DNA of 64,000 nt from Vitrella brassicaformis CCMP3155 (taxonomy: Eukaryota; Protista; Chromerida). The notes beneath the pieces are model-generated. The model had not been told where the DNA came from. It did not search any database and saw nothing but the letters and a program-made list of their open reading frames with translations. Positions 49,184 through 62,613 of the stretch are shown in pieces. Location: positions 323,127-387,126 of the forward strand of contig CDMY01000405.1 of assembly GCA_001179505.1 (NCBI GenBank), in the 5' to 3' direction. Numbering within the stretch: the stretch's first letter is position 1; the number at the start of each line of letters is the position of its first letter. The position numbers and the translations under genes are program-made.

Positions 49184-51642
49184 TCATGGGTACACCGAGT
49201 TGGAGACGCCCGAGACCTCCACGCCGTTGCGCACGCCCACGAAGTACACACAGTGGTATTGAACCTGATGGATCAATGGAGGACAGATGGAGCATCACAT
49301 CAACACACACGCGACGGCAACAGACACCCAATGGCGGGGTGACGGGTGTGTGTGCCAGGCGTCGTATCGTACCTGCATCATGGATTTCTGGTTGGTGGTG
49401 TAGTAGGCGTCCCGCCGCTCCTCCTTGCGAATCTCAAAATACCGCTCAATCACTGTTTAAACCACACACACCACACACAGCAATGAATGCGCCGACCAAC
49501 CCGAGACATCCACACACACACACACATACCGGGTCTAATTTCCTCCCAGCTGAGTTCGACGGAGACCTCGTGCGGCATCTCGGCAAAATGATAGAGCAAT
49601 GGTCCGAGGTTGGCCCACACGCCGCCCTCCCTGATGGCGTTGGCGATGGTCTTGATGTACAGCAGGATGTTCTTGGCCGTGTCGATGAAGAAACACGTCA
49701 AGATGCTGTCCCACTGAGCCTTCTGAGGACTGTACACCTGCACACACACACACACACACATGCATTCTGCTGTCTGTCCTGTGTGTGTGTGTGTGCGGAT
49801 GGATGGACGGAAGGGTGGGTGTGTGGATGGATGGCTGGGTGGCTGGGGGGTGGTTGGGGGCGGTGTGGTGTGCTGTGCTGACCTCGACGAACTCTCCAGC
49901 GCACATTGAGAAGTCCTGTCCCGCCTGGATGTAGTGCGAGGGGTACAGGTCGGGCACCAGTATCATCCGCAGATGGTCGTCATGACCAAACCTGATCCAT
50001 CAAATTGATTGGGAGGGAGGGAGAGTACAACACAACACACGACACACACGCTCAGATGAGAGAGAGGTGTGTCGTGTCGCTACCCGCCTGGCTTGGCTTG
50101 CATCATTCGTTCATGCCACACACCTACGCTACGTACCTGTTGCAGGTGGACAGGCAGTAGGGCTGAATGGCGCACGACCGGGGCGCCACGCTGTAGTTGA
50201 GGATGAAATTCGATCCTATCACACACATACACAGACAGACAGACAGACAGACAGAGATAGATAGATAGACAACCGGAACAATTGTCTCTGTCTCTGTGTG
50301 GTGTGTGTGGGCGGCTACCGACCGAGCAGCATGAAGTACGAGAACTCGTTGCCCTGGCAGGCATACCCCTTGCGGATCACCTCGAAGGGCAACCGACCCA
50401 AACCAGACCCGGGACACAACACCCTACACACACAACACACACCACACCACACCACACCACACAATGGGCAGGCCGTCGTCTTTGTCTCCCGCCGTCCGTT
50501 TCTCGTGTGCCGCCAAGACCTGGGTGCTTTGCCGTGTTTGGCCACGAACTCCTGCAGTGGTAGGAATTCGTCCAGTGCGTCCAGCAGCGGGCCGTAGGCG
50601 GCGTCGCGTTCAGCCTTGCCCTCGTCGCTCCAGTCGCGCACAAACTGACGCAGAGTACTCCGCACCTGATTGAGCGACCGACCCGACCACACACATACAT
50701 ACAAACCACACAGATCAACAAGCGTGCACCGACCCACCACACGACCCACCTTGGTCATGTTCCTGGCCATGACGAGTGGCGACGGCCTCGGCCGCACACT
50801 GCGGTCCAGCCGGTCGAGCGGCGACACGTGCTGGCCATGGCCGTCCTGGGGCGGGCAGCACTCACACGCCTCGCGCTCCCTCTCCACCACATCACCCACG
50901 CCACCCTTCTCCTTGTCCTTGTCGTTACCCTTGCCCACTGGCGGGCCGGCCGGCGTCGACGGGGAGGTCGACGACTCGTGCTGTGGCTGCTCCTGATCTG
51001 GTGATGTGACGGGCGGCCCACTGGGTGGGGGGGCAGCCGGGGGGGATGCCCTGGAGGGCGGGGGCTGCCCGGCAGATGGGGGTGGGTCGCTGGGAGGGGG
51101 TGGGGGAGGCGGCGGGGCGGATGGGGTCATTGGGGTGGTGGTGTCGGTGTGGTTGGGCGTGGATATTTCCTCGCGATGCTCTGACGAAATGGCCGTGGCT
51201 GCGTCCTGTTGGCCTGGCTCCAGAAGAGGCTCCATCAGCTCTTCCTGTGTGAAACACACACGCACACACACGGGCGAATGCCTGTTGGTTGGCCTGCCTG
51301 TGTTGTGTGCGTGTGTGATCTTTTCCTTCCCACCTGGCCATCAATGGCGGGCCTGTGCGGCTGGAGGAGCAGGTCGAGGAACTGCTGGTTGACGTGGACG
51401 GCGTGTTTGATCTTCTGCACCCTCGACTCGACCTTCTCGATGAGAAGGGCCTGGTCGTCCTCGCTCACCGAGTGGAAGTGCTTCTCAATTCTGGCCACCT
51501 CCCTCATGGCGTCGAGCGTGTAGTTCTGGAAGGCGTAGCACACATTCACGAAGTGCTTGCTCTCGTCCTCCTCGCCATCGTGCGCCTCCCCGTGGGAGAG
51601 CTCGTCGTCATCGAAGTAGTCGCCCTCGCCGAGGTCACTCAT
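49184..51642 (-). CDS. CARNMT1: Carnosine N-methyltransferase (N2227 family), multi-exon, with a Pro-rich insertion
   Basis: Contains VRSTLRQFVRDWSDEGKAERDAAYGP, VLCPGSGLGRLPFE, QGNEFSYFML, FSMCAGEFVEVY, TCFFIDTAKN, GGVWANLGPLLYHF and VELSWEEI. Confidence 0.92.
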
Positions 51643-52022
51643 ACTGTACTGCCCTCGCTGCTCCTGCTCCTGCAGGCGACGAGAGCTCAGGAGCGCTTCA
51701 GTGACAAGCTGGCCTCACGTTGGCCTGCTGGATCTGGACCTCTGGGTGCAGCCGGGGGGAATCTCTAAGTGGAGAACCAACGAAGAGATGCGAGCTAACC
51801 ACGGCGGAAAAACAGCACGGACAATCTTACCCTTAACCACCACCAGCACGTGCGCAATGGCATGTCTGAAATGAATGGAGGAGTCCCGAGAGAAGCAACG
51901 AACAAATGAGCAAACAAACAAATGCGCAAAAGAACAAACATGTAAACCAAAAGGGAGCAATCACACGGCCAGCTTCATTTGGCAAACGCCAATTGACACG
52001 AGCACACAAACAGCACATTCGA

Positions 52023-55000
52023 TCATGCACCAGTGCCTGGTGGATCTGCTGCAGCAGGTGTGACTTGCACTTGTGGCGGCAGTGGCGGCGCCGCTCCCCA
52101 CAGCTGAAACCACCAAGGCAGGTAAGGGAACATTTGCTCCATGGCGTAGGGCGGAATGGCCGCATGCTCCGGCGGCTCCGCCCCTTCGTCCAGTGGTATC
52201 TGTGGCCGCTCGCTGATCGATGACGCCTGCTTTACTGCTGACGTGATGGTCTGCAAGAACAAACAGACGCCAAGTGCCACTGAAGAGCGTGTCTCGTCTT
52301 TGTAGTCGTCTTCTCACCTTGACTGTCTCTCCCCGCCCCAGATGGGTTGCAATATCGAGTTGCCCTCTTGCGCCAGCGGCCCCCTGCCCGCCCTCTTCCG
52401 TGCCGCCTTCGTCCTTCTGGCCTTCCTTCTTCTTGGCCGTGAACGCGAATCGAGGGAATCGCGGCACCGTGGCCATGAAGCCGGGCACGGCCGATCCACG
52501 TCTGCCGGGGAAGCCGGGGAGGGTGAGGAAGGGCTGCTGCAGCTGCAGGCCGGAGCGGCCCTCGTTTTCCTCCTCAAATTGCTCGAGCCAGCGCATAAAT
52601 AAGTGCAAAGGGACCTTCCGCACACTCTGACGGATAAGAGCAGATGGAGGCAGAGAGTGAGAGTGGGAAATGGAGACAGATGCATGAGGGCCTGACTGAC
52701 TGGCTGGCTGACCTTTTCTGTGCTGTGTAGGTCGTGCAGGTACATGGTGCGGAAGATGTCTTGGAGGACCTGTCAGCCAGCAAAGCAACGGAACACAAAA
52801 GCCGAGACTCACGCTTACAGACATGTGTTCATGTCGGTCGTTGATGGCTGTCTTGTCTCCCTCACCTCGTCGTCGAGTCTGACATTGAGGGCCTCCTTGA
52901 GACGTTTCTGGAACACCTCGGGGGTCAAATAACCCTTACCTGCACATACCACACGCGACGAGAACGGCATATTCGGAGCGGGTTTCGCCACCCGAGGCAG
53001 ACGTATGTACCTTCTCTGTCGAGGAAGCTAGCGACCCAAAGGTTGACCTGTGTCCGGTCGTAGAGCCTGCCCTTGCCCCTGAGGTCCTCGAGCACCACCA
53101 TAAGCATCTCGAACTCCGACTCGTTCAGCGATCCGCTCTTGTCCAGGTCAAACATATCAAACCTGAGTGAAGCGAGGTGAGAGACAGACAGACAGTCAGT
53201 GATTGGCCATTTTGGGATGCGGGAAGGTGTCTTTACCAGTCTTCGGCGACCGCCTTGCCCTCAGTGTTGGACAAGCCCTGTGCCAGGAGGCACTTGATCA
53301 GCTCTGTCTCACACGCAGGCAACAGAGGGAGGGAGACAGAGAGAGGCATTCGCGTGAGCAGATGGATTGCCTCTGTGTCTGTCCTATTGCCATTCATTCA
53401 CCGCACCTACCTGCTTTTTCTATGGTGCCTGACTTATCATAGTCGAACAGACGGAAGACCTTTCGGATCAGACGTTTTTGGCTCAGAGGGAGAGACTCGA
53501 AACGCTCCCTATACATGGCAAAAATCTGATCTGCGCGACCGACCGACAGATATATCCAGGTGAGAAGGCCTGACATGTGGCGTCTTTGGCTTGCTCACTT
53601 CGTTTCTCCTCTTCCCTCATCTCCTTCTTCAGCGCATACGCAAACGCCTTGGCTTTGAGCTTCAGGACGATCTTCGCCGCCCAGCGGTTCCGATAATTGA
53701 TGAACTCCTGAAGCGTCTTGTCCATCATCTGGTAGTCCTTCATGAGCTCGACTTTGCTCACGACCACCATGCGATAGATGAGGCGGGGCAGCGTATGGGC
53801 TACCCCGTAGCCGAAGGGGATGGCGCACAAAACGGCCAGGACATAGCTGATGGGTTCCTGCTTGCTCCAGTCGGTCGTCGCCACCGTTGTCAAAAACACG
53901 GCCGCAAACATGGCGCTGTACAACAAAATGATCTGCGTCAGCCGCTCAAGAAAATCTGCCCAGCAAGTCGAGAGCAGCCGTACAGATGTCTGTCTGTTCT
54001 GTTGGAGTAGTATGATTATTTCCGTCTCACTGGCTTACATGGCCCCCTTCGCCAGAACCAGAAGAGGATCTCCTGCGCCGTCGGAGTCGATGTGCCACAT
54101 AGGAAGACCCACACGGGGTTGTTGGATATCTGAAGAATCGACAGCATTCAAGAGGACACGACACGGACGTCTTCACCGAATCGCCGGAGTGTTGCCACCT
54201 CTCTCTCATCTGGTGGGAATCTCCGTGTCTCATCAATCATCTCCCTCCCTCACCTGCAGGTCTTTCTGGTACATGGGTGGAACGAGCGACACCTCCGTCC
54301 CCTCCATCGGCAGCACACTGATGCTGGCTCGCGGCCGCAGCATGGGTGTCCTGTCAATCGTTCCAGAGAACAGCGACCCGCTCTCCAGCCCCAGACCCGC
54401 AAGCAGGCTCCTGTTCCCCCGTGTGTCGCCCAGCCCCAGCCCTTCTCCTATGCGCGGCGTGGTCGACTTCTGTGTTCCCTTCCGAGACGGAGGTCGCGAC
54501 GTGTGCGGTGTCGAGTGCTCGCTCCGCGTGGCCGCTCTGCTGCTCTTGCCAGTGTTGGCGCGCTTTTCTGCTGAGTCGGTTGACCAGTGGCCACCACGAG
54601 CAAAAGCTGCCATGAAGCCCCCACCTCTCGGCTTGCTCTCCGTCTTGGGCTCTTCAGATTGCTTTTCCTCGTCGCGCTGCTTGCCCCAGGATGGGAAGAT
54701 CGCTGAATGAAGGGGCGTCTCATGGAAACGGGGCAGCTCTCTCGGAGTGAAATCGGCCTCTAGGTCCCGATCGCTGTTTCCGGGAGGGGTGCGTGCCATT
54801 CCGAGCCCATGGAGGCTCTTGGCTTTCCGTCTTGATGGGACAGGCGTCGGGCCAGGGGTGGAATGGCGTGACTTGAAGAGGCGCGCAAACACAGACGAAC
54901 GCCGCTGACTCGTGTCTGGTTCCGAGGCATCGTCAATATGGCTCTCCCAGTCCTTGTCATTCGCTGGAGCAAAAAAGTCTTCCTCGTTGAGGACACCCAC

Positions 55001-57667
55001 GGGGGACGCCTGGCTGAGGGGGGTTGTGTCTCCACTGGGGCGGGGCAGACCAGAGGGGCTCTTGCTGCCGATGTGCACGCTGTCTTGCCGATTACTGCCA
55101 ATCGTGAGGGCTGCGGCGGCTTGTGCCAGCGTGGGCGGGGCCTCCTCGCCCTTGATCATGGGTGAAGGGTCTCTCTGCCGGGACACTCGAGGCTCGGAGT
55201 GAGTGGTGCGCTGCTGAGTCCTCATATACTGGTCGAGAGACTTGGCTGCACAAGGTACACACACACACAAGCGGGAGTGCATAGGATGGTCCTGTTCTGA
55301 CTAGCCGAACCTACCCAGCGCGTCTTGTGCCAGTCTCCCGGGGAAGTAGGGCGTCTCTTCGCCCTGCTCCACGTGCGTCAGGTCGGGCTTGGGCTCAGTG
55401 AAAGCCACCGAGGTCTGCACACTCGATCCCTCCGGTGGGCTCCTGTGGCTGCGGTCCTCTTCAACGACAACACTGAGCCTTGCCCGCTCCTTGCTGCCCT
55501 TGTTTCTCCTCCCAATGCGCGACAGCCGCTGAGGTAGCCGTAAGAACCCCGAGCGCTGGCCGGCGGGGTTGCCAGGGCCATCGGGATTGGTGGGGGCTGG
55601 GATGTCGGTGACAGTGATGGTGCTGGTGCCGAGGTCACTGGTATTGTTGGTGTTGATAGTGTCATTGGCCGCCAGAGGCGGCATCGATGGCTCTTTTGGT
55701 GACGCTGGACGGGACTTGCGGGGGCGGAAAAGTGCCCGAATGCGCTGGATTACTGTCTTTTTGCCGGAGTCTCTGTCACCATCGTTGTCCGATTCGTCAG
55801 AGGCGAAGGTGCGTGTCCTCGCAATGAAAAACGCATCCTCGTCCAGAGGCTGCATCATGGGGTAAAAGGGCTGAAGCCACGGGGCCGTGGCTGCAGCAGC
55901 GTCTCCCCCCGGCTGTGGTGTGACCTCGCCCTCTTGCCTCTCCGCTTCCTCAGCCTTGGCAGCCTCGGCCGCCACCCACGGGGCAGCGCCCCACCACGGC
56001 CACCATGGCAGCCACATGCTGGACGGAGGCGGCTGCGCTTCACCCGCGCTAGGCTGCTGCTCTGGAATGGAAAACTTGATGGTCGTGTCTCGTGGCGTGG
56101 CCTGGGGCGAATCGAACTGGCCGAACATGGTGGACGCTGCGGGCGAACCGGTGTAGATGGACGGATTGATGCGCTGAGTGGCGAGCCTGCTTAGCGGGGG
56201 ACCACCCGGAACAGCCAAAGGAGGCGACATGGGCCGCGAGGGTGACATTACTGTCTCATAGGCGCCCTTGGGTGGTGGCCGTGGAGTGGCGCTCGCCTGA
56301 GTGCCGCCCCACGCTGTGGACCAGAAGGTCCTGCTGAAGTCGTTTGTGATGTTTGTGAGGGACAAGCGGACCCGATCCATCCTGTTTAGCGCAGGGATCT
56401 TCTCAAAGTCCGGCGGAGGCGGAGGAAGAATCTCGTTATAAATCAGATGCACCTTCCACAGCAGCACGTGCAGGCTGATGGCCAGGAAGCAAGACATAGC
56501 GAGAAAGAGACCATATAAAGCTGATCCCCGCAGGCCGAAGGCCGGCCTCAAAACGCAGATGGTGACAAAGACGACCAACCACGAGATTGGTGGGATCTCT
56601 ATCAGCTGGACCAGTGTCTCGGTCAGGCAGTTGACCAGATAAGTGTGAAAGGGAAATCCGACCGCCGACACGTTCTTTGGATTTTTCGCGAATGGAGAGA
56701 ATCTGGAGACACGCAGACACTGCGTGATGGGTGTTCATGCGTGCCAGCTTTCTTTGTTAGAATCTTACGGGTGAAAGAATGCATATCTCAGGCATTTGTA
56801 TTCCACATATGCCCTCAGCTCTGCTCTCTTTGCGGGCGTCAGGTTCTGCTCATTCCCTTCCTCGCTAAGCCTCTTTTGCAGCGCGCGCAAACTCTGACCT
56901 TCGGCCTTCTTGAAGAATTTCTCCGCGCGCCGCGCAAACCACATAAGGTAGCCGACCAACATTATAAAGAGAATACACACCTCGAACAGCAGGAGGTCCG
57001 CCTGCTCGAACAAATGCTGCAGCTCGGTGTCCTTCTGGAAGTAATCCTGCGATATCTCTTTCATGGCGCCAGTCGAGACGGCGATGACAAGGACCAGGCT
57101 GACGAAGCCAAGAATCGCGATTTCGGTGTAGAGAGCCTGCAGGAGACGCGCGAGAGGAATGAGGCCGGACTTGCCTTCGGACCGATTCTGCACAATCATC
57201 ATGATCTTGTGCTGCAAACACAGAGATGAACAGTAGAGGTCGTCAAGAAAGAAGAGTCACAGACCCATTCCGTCAGTCGCCTACTTGTCCGGTCTGGAAG
57301 ACCATTGACAGGAGTATAATGATGGCAAATAGTATGAGAACGGCATTGTACTCGCGCTCCTGCTGAGCGCTGTTGGAGCTGCCACCGCTCAAGCGGCGAA
57401 GAAGCCTTACGGACACGAAGAACTCGCTCAAATGGTCCACAATTGTGTGATCGTCTGAGTGCACAGACGGACGTCACGATGTATGATCTGTGTACTGGGG
57501 CGCCTTGTCCTTTGTTGGCTGCTCGTCTGCCCGCTAAAACAGCACTTACCGCTCTTTGAGGCCTCGGCAGTCGTCATTGAAGCAACACAGAGCAAGATGA
57601 TCACTGCACTCGGCGCCAATGTCCTTCCAAAGCGAGCAGGAGCCCAGAAACCATCCAACGACGACAT
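52023..57667 (-). CDS. MLO-like multi-pass membrane protein with C-terminal EF-hands, a signal peptide and a very large low-complexity loop
   Basis: Contains VLILFAIIILLSMVFQTGQHKI, LQALYTEIAILGFVSLVL (like MLO ELMLLGFISLLL), HLFEQADLLLF and FPFHTYL (like MLO FDFHKY). EF-hand loops are FDYDKSGTIEKA and FDLDKSGSLNESEF. Confidence 0.72.
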
Positions 57668-57760
57668 CACTTGTCGATCCGATTCGATCAGGCCCCAGTG
57701 GGGCCCGTATCCCCTCCCTCCCCCTTCTTCTTCGTTCTCTCTCCCCCCTGTCCCTCCTCG

Positions 57761-60700
57761 ATGTCGTCCCCGTCTCCCCCAAGGCCGTGCGATGAGGATG
57801 AGCCGGATCCTCCTGATGAAGATGTGCCCATGGAGTCTGGAGCTGGAGGCCAGCAACTCGAGGAAACCAACCAGGCGACCAATCACTCGCAGGTCCATCA
57901 GGCTGCAGAGCCACAGATTGACCAGACGGGTGAGGTGCCGCCAACGGAGGTCGACAAGGCCCCGGAGCCGTCTGCAAGCCACAAGGGTGCCGAGCCGTCT
58001 GCAAGCCACAAGGCTGCGGCAGTGTCCCTGCCGGGAGCACTGTGGAGGCGCGAGAGTGTGGAAGCCAGGGCGAGATGGGAACGGCTGGGGCTGGACACCG
58101 TTCGATTCGGGCTCGTGACTAGCCCTGTCAATTGGCTCATCTGGGGCGCACTGTTGCTGGTAGCCGTTCTTGCTGGCACTTACTGCATGGCGGAACAACT
58201 GAAGAAGGTCTTCCATACTCACATCAATGACGCGTGCACCATTCTGGTGATTGCATGTCTCTCCTCTTCTATGCACAGGTGTTCATCTACTACGGTGAGG
58301 GACAAGAAGGAAGGGACACGTGATAACCGGTACGTTGTCAATGGTCGACTCCCTCGTGTGCAGGAGATTTGCATGAGGACGGCACTGAGAAGTATTCATC
58401 AATAAACGAGTTTGTTGACGACCTGACTACACCACACGGTGAGACGAGAATCATTGGAATCAGGACTGTGAGCTCATTCACGTGTGTGCCATCAGACAAC
58501 TACACGTGGCAGAAGGCTAGGTTTGACAAGATCGTCCTCAGCGTCGTAAGCACGATCCGTGAGGCGCAGGGTACTCGCGCTGCTTACATGAATGCTGTTT
58601 CGCCGTTGCCAGGTGTGGGCCCTCTTCGCCTTCTTCACACTGCAAGAGTTTGTGCTTGTTACACTTTTTTGGCGGCCGACTCTCATCGCCTTCCACAACA
58701 GGACGTTGCGACAGTACATTGGTGCTGGCATCCGGGGACAGCATTCAGCAGTGGACCCATCGTCTGAAAAGAAGACCTTCATGAGCCGAGTCAGGTTCAT
58801 TATCGCCAAGATCAGGTACATATGTCATGAGTGTATCGAGTGTTTTCATCGCTACCTCTATAAATGTATCCTCACTCGTCTGTCTCTGTGTCTCTCTTCC
58901 TAACTTTTTCTTTTCCGATATCGAAGAAACGAGTACCTTGGATTCACTGGTCAGTAGTCGACTCCAACAACAACAGCAGTCGAATCCTGTGGACAGTCAC
59001 TGCTTCCTGCTTCTCCCCGTTGTCGATGTTTCCGTCTGTCTGTCCGTCTGTCTGTGTAGGAATTGTGTTTTGGATTTTGCATTTCGCGGTAAAATAAGAT
59101 TGACTCGCATTGTTGACGTCAAGGATGCAAACGACCAATTGCTCAGGATGACTTCGCCGACATCATTCTCCAATCGCGGCGGTGTCTTTTGTACGGGGGC
59201 TGGGATGTTTTGACCTGGAGCCACGTGCCGGCACTCGACTGGCCCACACACGTCGTCCTCTCAGCGTACGACAAACAAGACGAAGACTGACTCTTCCTTG
59301 GGACATACTTCCCGTTATATGTTACAATCAGAATTCTTTGCTTTCATTCTGTGGTGTTCTGTGGCACATTCATCTTCAAGAAGCGGGGTCTTGCCGTGAT
59401 CCTATCGCTGACGGCCAACATGCTGTACATCAGCCACTCGCTGCTCATCGTCTCAGCCATCCTCACCACTGGCCAAATCGGATTGGGATCGCTCCTCGTG
59501 TGAGTGTCCGCCGCGATGTGATTGACAGGCTTCAATGCATCTGCCATCTTTGCTGCTTCTGCAGCGTCCAATCGAGGAGCGCCGTCGACTTTTTCACTTC
59601 CTTTATGCCGTTGGTAAATGTGTCCTGATCTGAGACACGGCCTGTGACTTTGGTGTGCACTCCTGCAGTTCCTCGCTGTGCACGAGCTGAAGGCCCTCGA
59701 CAATCTGCTAAAGCTCAAGTCCTTCCACGACTGGCAGAAACACAACAAGGCTGTCAAGGAAAAGCACCGTATCAGCGTCGCCACCGTCCTATCACCTGAC
59801 GCGTTAGTGCAGCACAAGCATCCGGTGTCCCTGCCAATCGGCAAAGCGACTGGTGCGGCGGACCCGGCGGCCCCGAGCACGCAGGCTGCTGACACCACAC
59901 GTTCCACGCCTGAGGCGGCAGGGCAGTCGGCGTCAAATAGCGGGTCTCCTGACGAGTTTCCGCAGAGAATGGTACAGCAGAAATACTCATGTATGCGTGT
60001 GTGTCTCTCCAACCTCATCTGTGCAGCCGTCACTTGGAGACGCTGAAGCCTCGGTCAGGCGGTCGGTGGGAAATGTGCGTGGACAGCTGAATGGACTTAT
60101 GGACCTGGTCAGTAAGCAACAGTCGACCACAAGCCGTCTCGATTGGATGGGATGCTATGGTTGCCGTGGTGCACTGCAGGAGGGCTTCCTCAGCTCCTAC
60201 GCAAGAGGCGAGATAGAGGAGAAGATGCGCGAAAGACGCCCGTCCATCATGGAGAAGGGCGTCATCCTTCCCGACACAGACCTGTTCGCCGACGGGGCTG
60301 ACGAGAAGTTCCGGGCAATCGAATTTTCCACTTTGTTTGGTCCGGCAGAGCCCGCCTCTCCGTTGCGACAGAGACGAGTGTCAATCGCGTCTATCAAGTC
60401 GGCAGACATTGACAGTGATGCAATCCCGAAAAGTGAGAGGCAGTCGGTGGCGAATGTTGTGGACCAGCTGCCCGAGAGTCACGTGTCGGTGGCTGGGGCG
60501 GGGGAGTCTCGTCGGTCGAGCAACCTGGTTTCCTTCCACGAGGACAAACAACGCCAGACGTCTGCTGAAGTGACCATGCTGCGCGTGGAAAAGTACTCAC
60601 TTGACTACACACGCGCAATGTTCTGTGCTGGGACGTTTCCGTTCCCCTTCATTCAGGGGACTTCGCGTGGTGACTGCGGCACTGTCTGTCTTTCTGCTGG

Positions 60701-62175
60701 GGCTCTTCATCTTCCAAGTCACCCAGCTGATACGCAGCGCTGTCCTTTGTCGGCGGATCGACGCCTGGGAACACAACTGTGTGCTCAAGACACGGCCACC
60801 GATGAAGGGCAGCAGCCCCTGCGACTGCAGGTATACGCACACAACGACTTCACGTAGGCCCCCGTCCTTGCCGACGGCAACATGCTGGCTGCAGATATTT
60901 CATTGTGGACCTTCAGCTAAACCCCGTGGATGGGACGCGGCTGGACAAGCCCCGGAGTAAGGGGGAGATGTTCCACACGGTCGTAGAAGGCCTCAATAGC
61001 TTTGAGTCACTCGAGGGGCTCACCATATACGCGTTCGGTGCTGAGGAGACACCACCGCCCCGCTCTACTACGGTAGCGGGAATCAAAGAAGTGTTTACTA
61101 GCTCAGATGGTAGCTTTATGATTAATTCCTTGTATAGGTCCCAGACTTGACAAAGCAGCCCTTCTTAGTCGAGATCGTGTGGACAGGCATGGTGAGTTGA
61201 GAGGACGACAACATACACAGAGACACACATACACACGATAGAGATGCAGATGCGTGTCTCCCGGACAAGAATCGCCTGTCTCTCCCTTGCAGGCTTTCAC
61301 CACGTGGGAAAACCCTGACTTCTCGAGGCTGCCGCGTCTGAGGGGGTTAGTATTCGCCATCGGTGCGCTGACTGAGATGCCCGAGTCTATCTGCTCCCTC
61401 AAAGACCTGTCGTGGCTTGACATGAGCGGACAAGCCTTCACAAGCATCCCGACGTGTGTCGCCGACCTGAAGGAGCTGCATGTGTTCCGCCTGCTCTTCA
61501 ATCCACTCTGCAACACGGGCTTCCTGCAAGACCCCTCACACCCGCCGAACTTCAAGGAAGTGCTTGAAAAGTAAGACAACTGACGATGGTAAACCGACCT
61601 ACGAGACACATGACATAGTAATGTCTGCCTCTCTTTCCTGTCTGTGTGTCTCTGCGTTTCTCCATGCAGGCTGAAGCCGTGTGGTGGAGCGCCTCAGACT
61701 GGGTCGAGTCACTGTGGGACCACGTGCGCCGACAACAACCAGATCTTCTTAATCATCGACGCCAATGGCGATAAGCTGCTGTGCTACGATGAGGTCAGCC
61801 GACAAGCATCGGGTCTGTCTGTCTATGTCTCTGTGTCTGTCGCCCGTGTCTTGTGTGCCTCCATTACCCCGCCTTACTTGTTCTCCTGTTGTTGTATGTT
61901 GCATATGCAGGTTTCGAAAGTTCAACCGTGGAGCGAAGCCGAGTTTCTGGCGATGCTGTATGACCTTCAGTCGCCCGACGACCCTGTGGGGCCTTGCGCT
62001 AAGTGGAGATCGTTTCAACTGATATTCTCCCAGGTAGGTAGACACACACACGGATGGGTGATGAGTATGTCCTGTCTCACTATGCTGTCTGTGAAACCAC
62101 GCACAGGGTACCACAGACTGCATGGAGTGTCCCTTTGCCGTGGAATCAGCAATCGAGAAGGGCATCGCGACCTAG
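57761..62175 (+). CDS. Multi-pass membrane protein with C-terminal leucine-rich repeats and an EF-hand-like loop; 3' end tentative
   Basis: Several TM exons (WLIWGALLLVAVLAG; WALFAFFTLQEFVLV; LAVILSLTANMLYISHSLLIVS; VVTAALSVFLLGLFIF). These are followed by CDCRYF, LRR-like LTEMPESICSLKDLSWLDMSGQAFTSIPTCVADLKELHVFRLLFNP and IDANGDKLLCYDE. Confidence 0.68.
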
Positions 62176-62613
62176 ATGGCTGTGTGCGTGTGTGTGTGTG
62201 TGTGTGCGTGCCCGGGAGAATGACTTTCTGGTGGGTTTTGTGCCTTTATGGGGTAGAACAAGTCAGGCTGTGTGTTTTAGGGCCACCGGGCATTTTGTCT
62301 GCGAATGCTGGCAGCGATTGATTCTCAAGAAGTGTCATTCTCACTGCCACGAGTCACGCATGTGTATTATAGACAATGGCTGGTTTACAAAAGAACAAAA
62401 CATCCATTCAGTATGGACAGGGTCCCTCCAAATGCACCTGTGCGTCAGTGAGTCAGCGAATGGCGACGGGGAATGGACACACGCGCTCACTTGAAAAACA
62501 ACCGAGGCGGCCACGTCCATTCACCCATCCGTCCACCCCATGAGCCCGTCTACAAAAAACTACTGTTCTTGCTCTATACACATTCAGATCAGCCCCAGGC
62601 ACCCACACTGCAC

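Noticed and set aside
50880-51240. Pro-rich insertion in carnosine N-methyltransferase
   Set aside because: Low-complexity insertions occur in almost every gene here (ligase, helicase, MFS, MLO) and are not specific to this enzyme.
57428-57667. Apparent overlap of the MLO gene start (57464) with a plus-strand ORF (57459)
   Set aside because: Both are GTG-start artefacts. Splicing places the MLO ATG at 57667 and the plus-strand gene ATG at 57761, so there is no coding overlap.
59060-59260. Apparent premature stop in the LRR-TM gene (GAGMF*)
   Set aside because: It is resolved by an ordinary intron (GIVFWILHFA|DDFADIILQS), so the gene is in frame.
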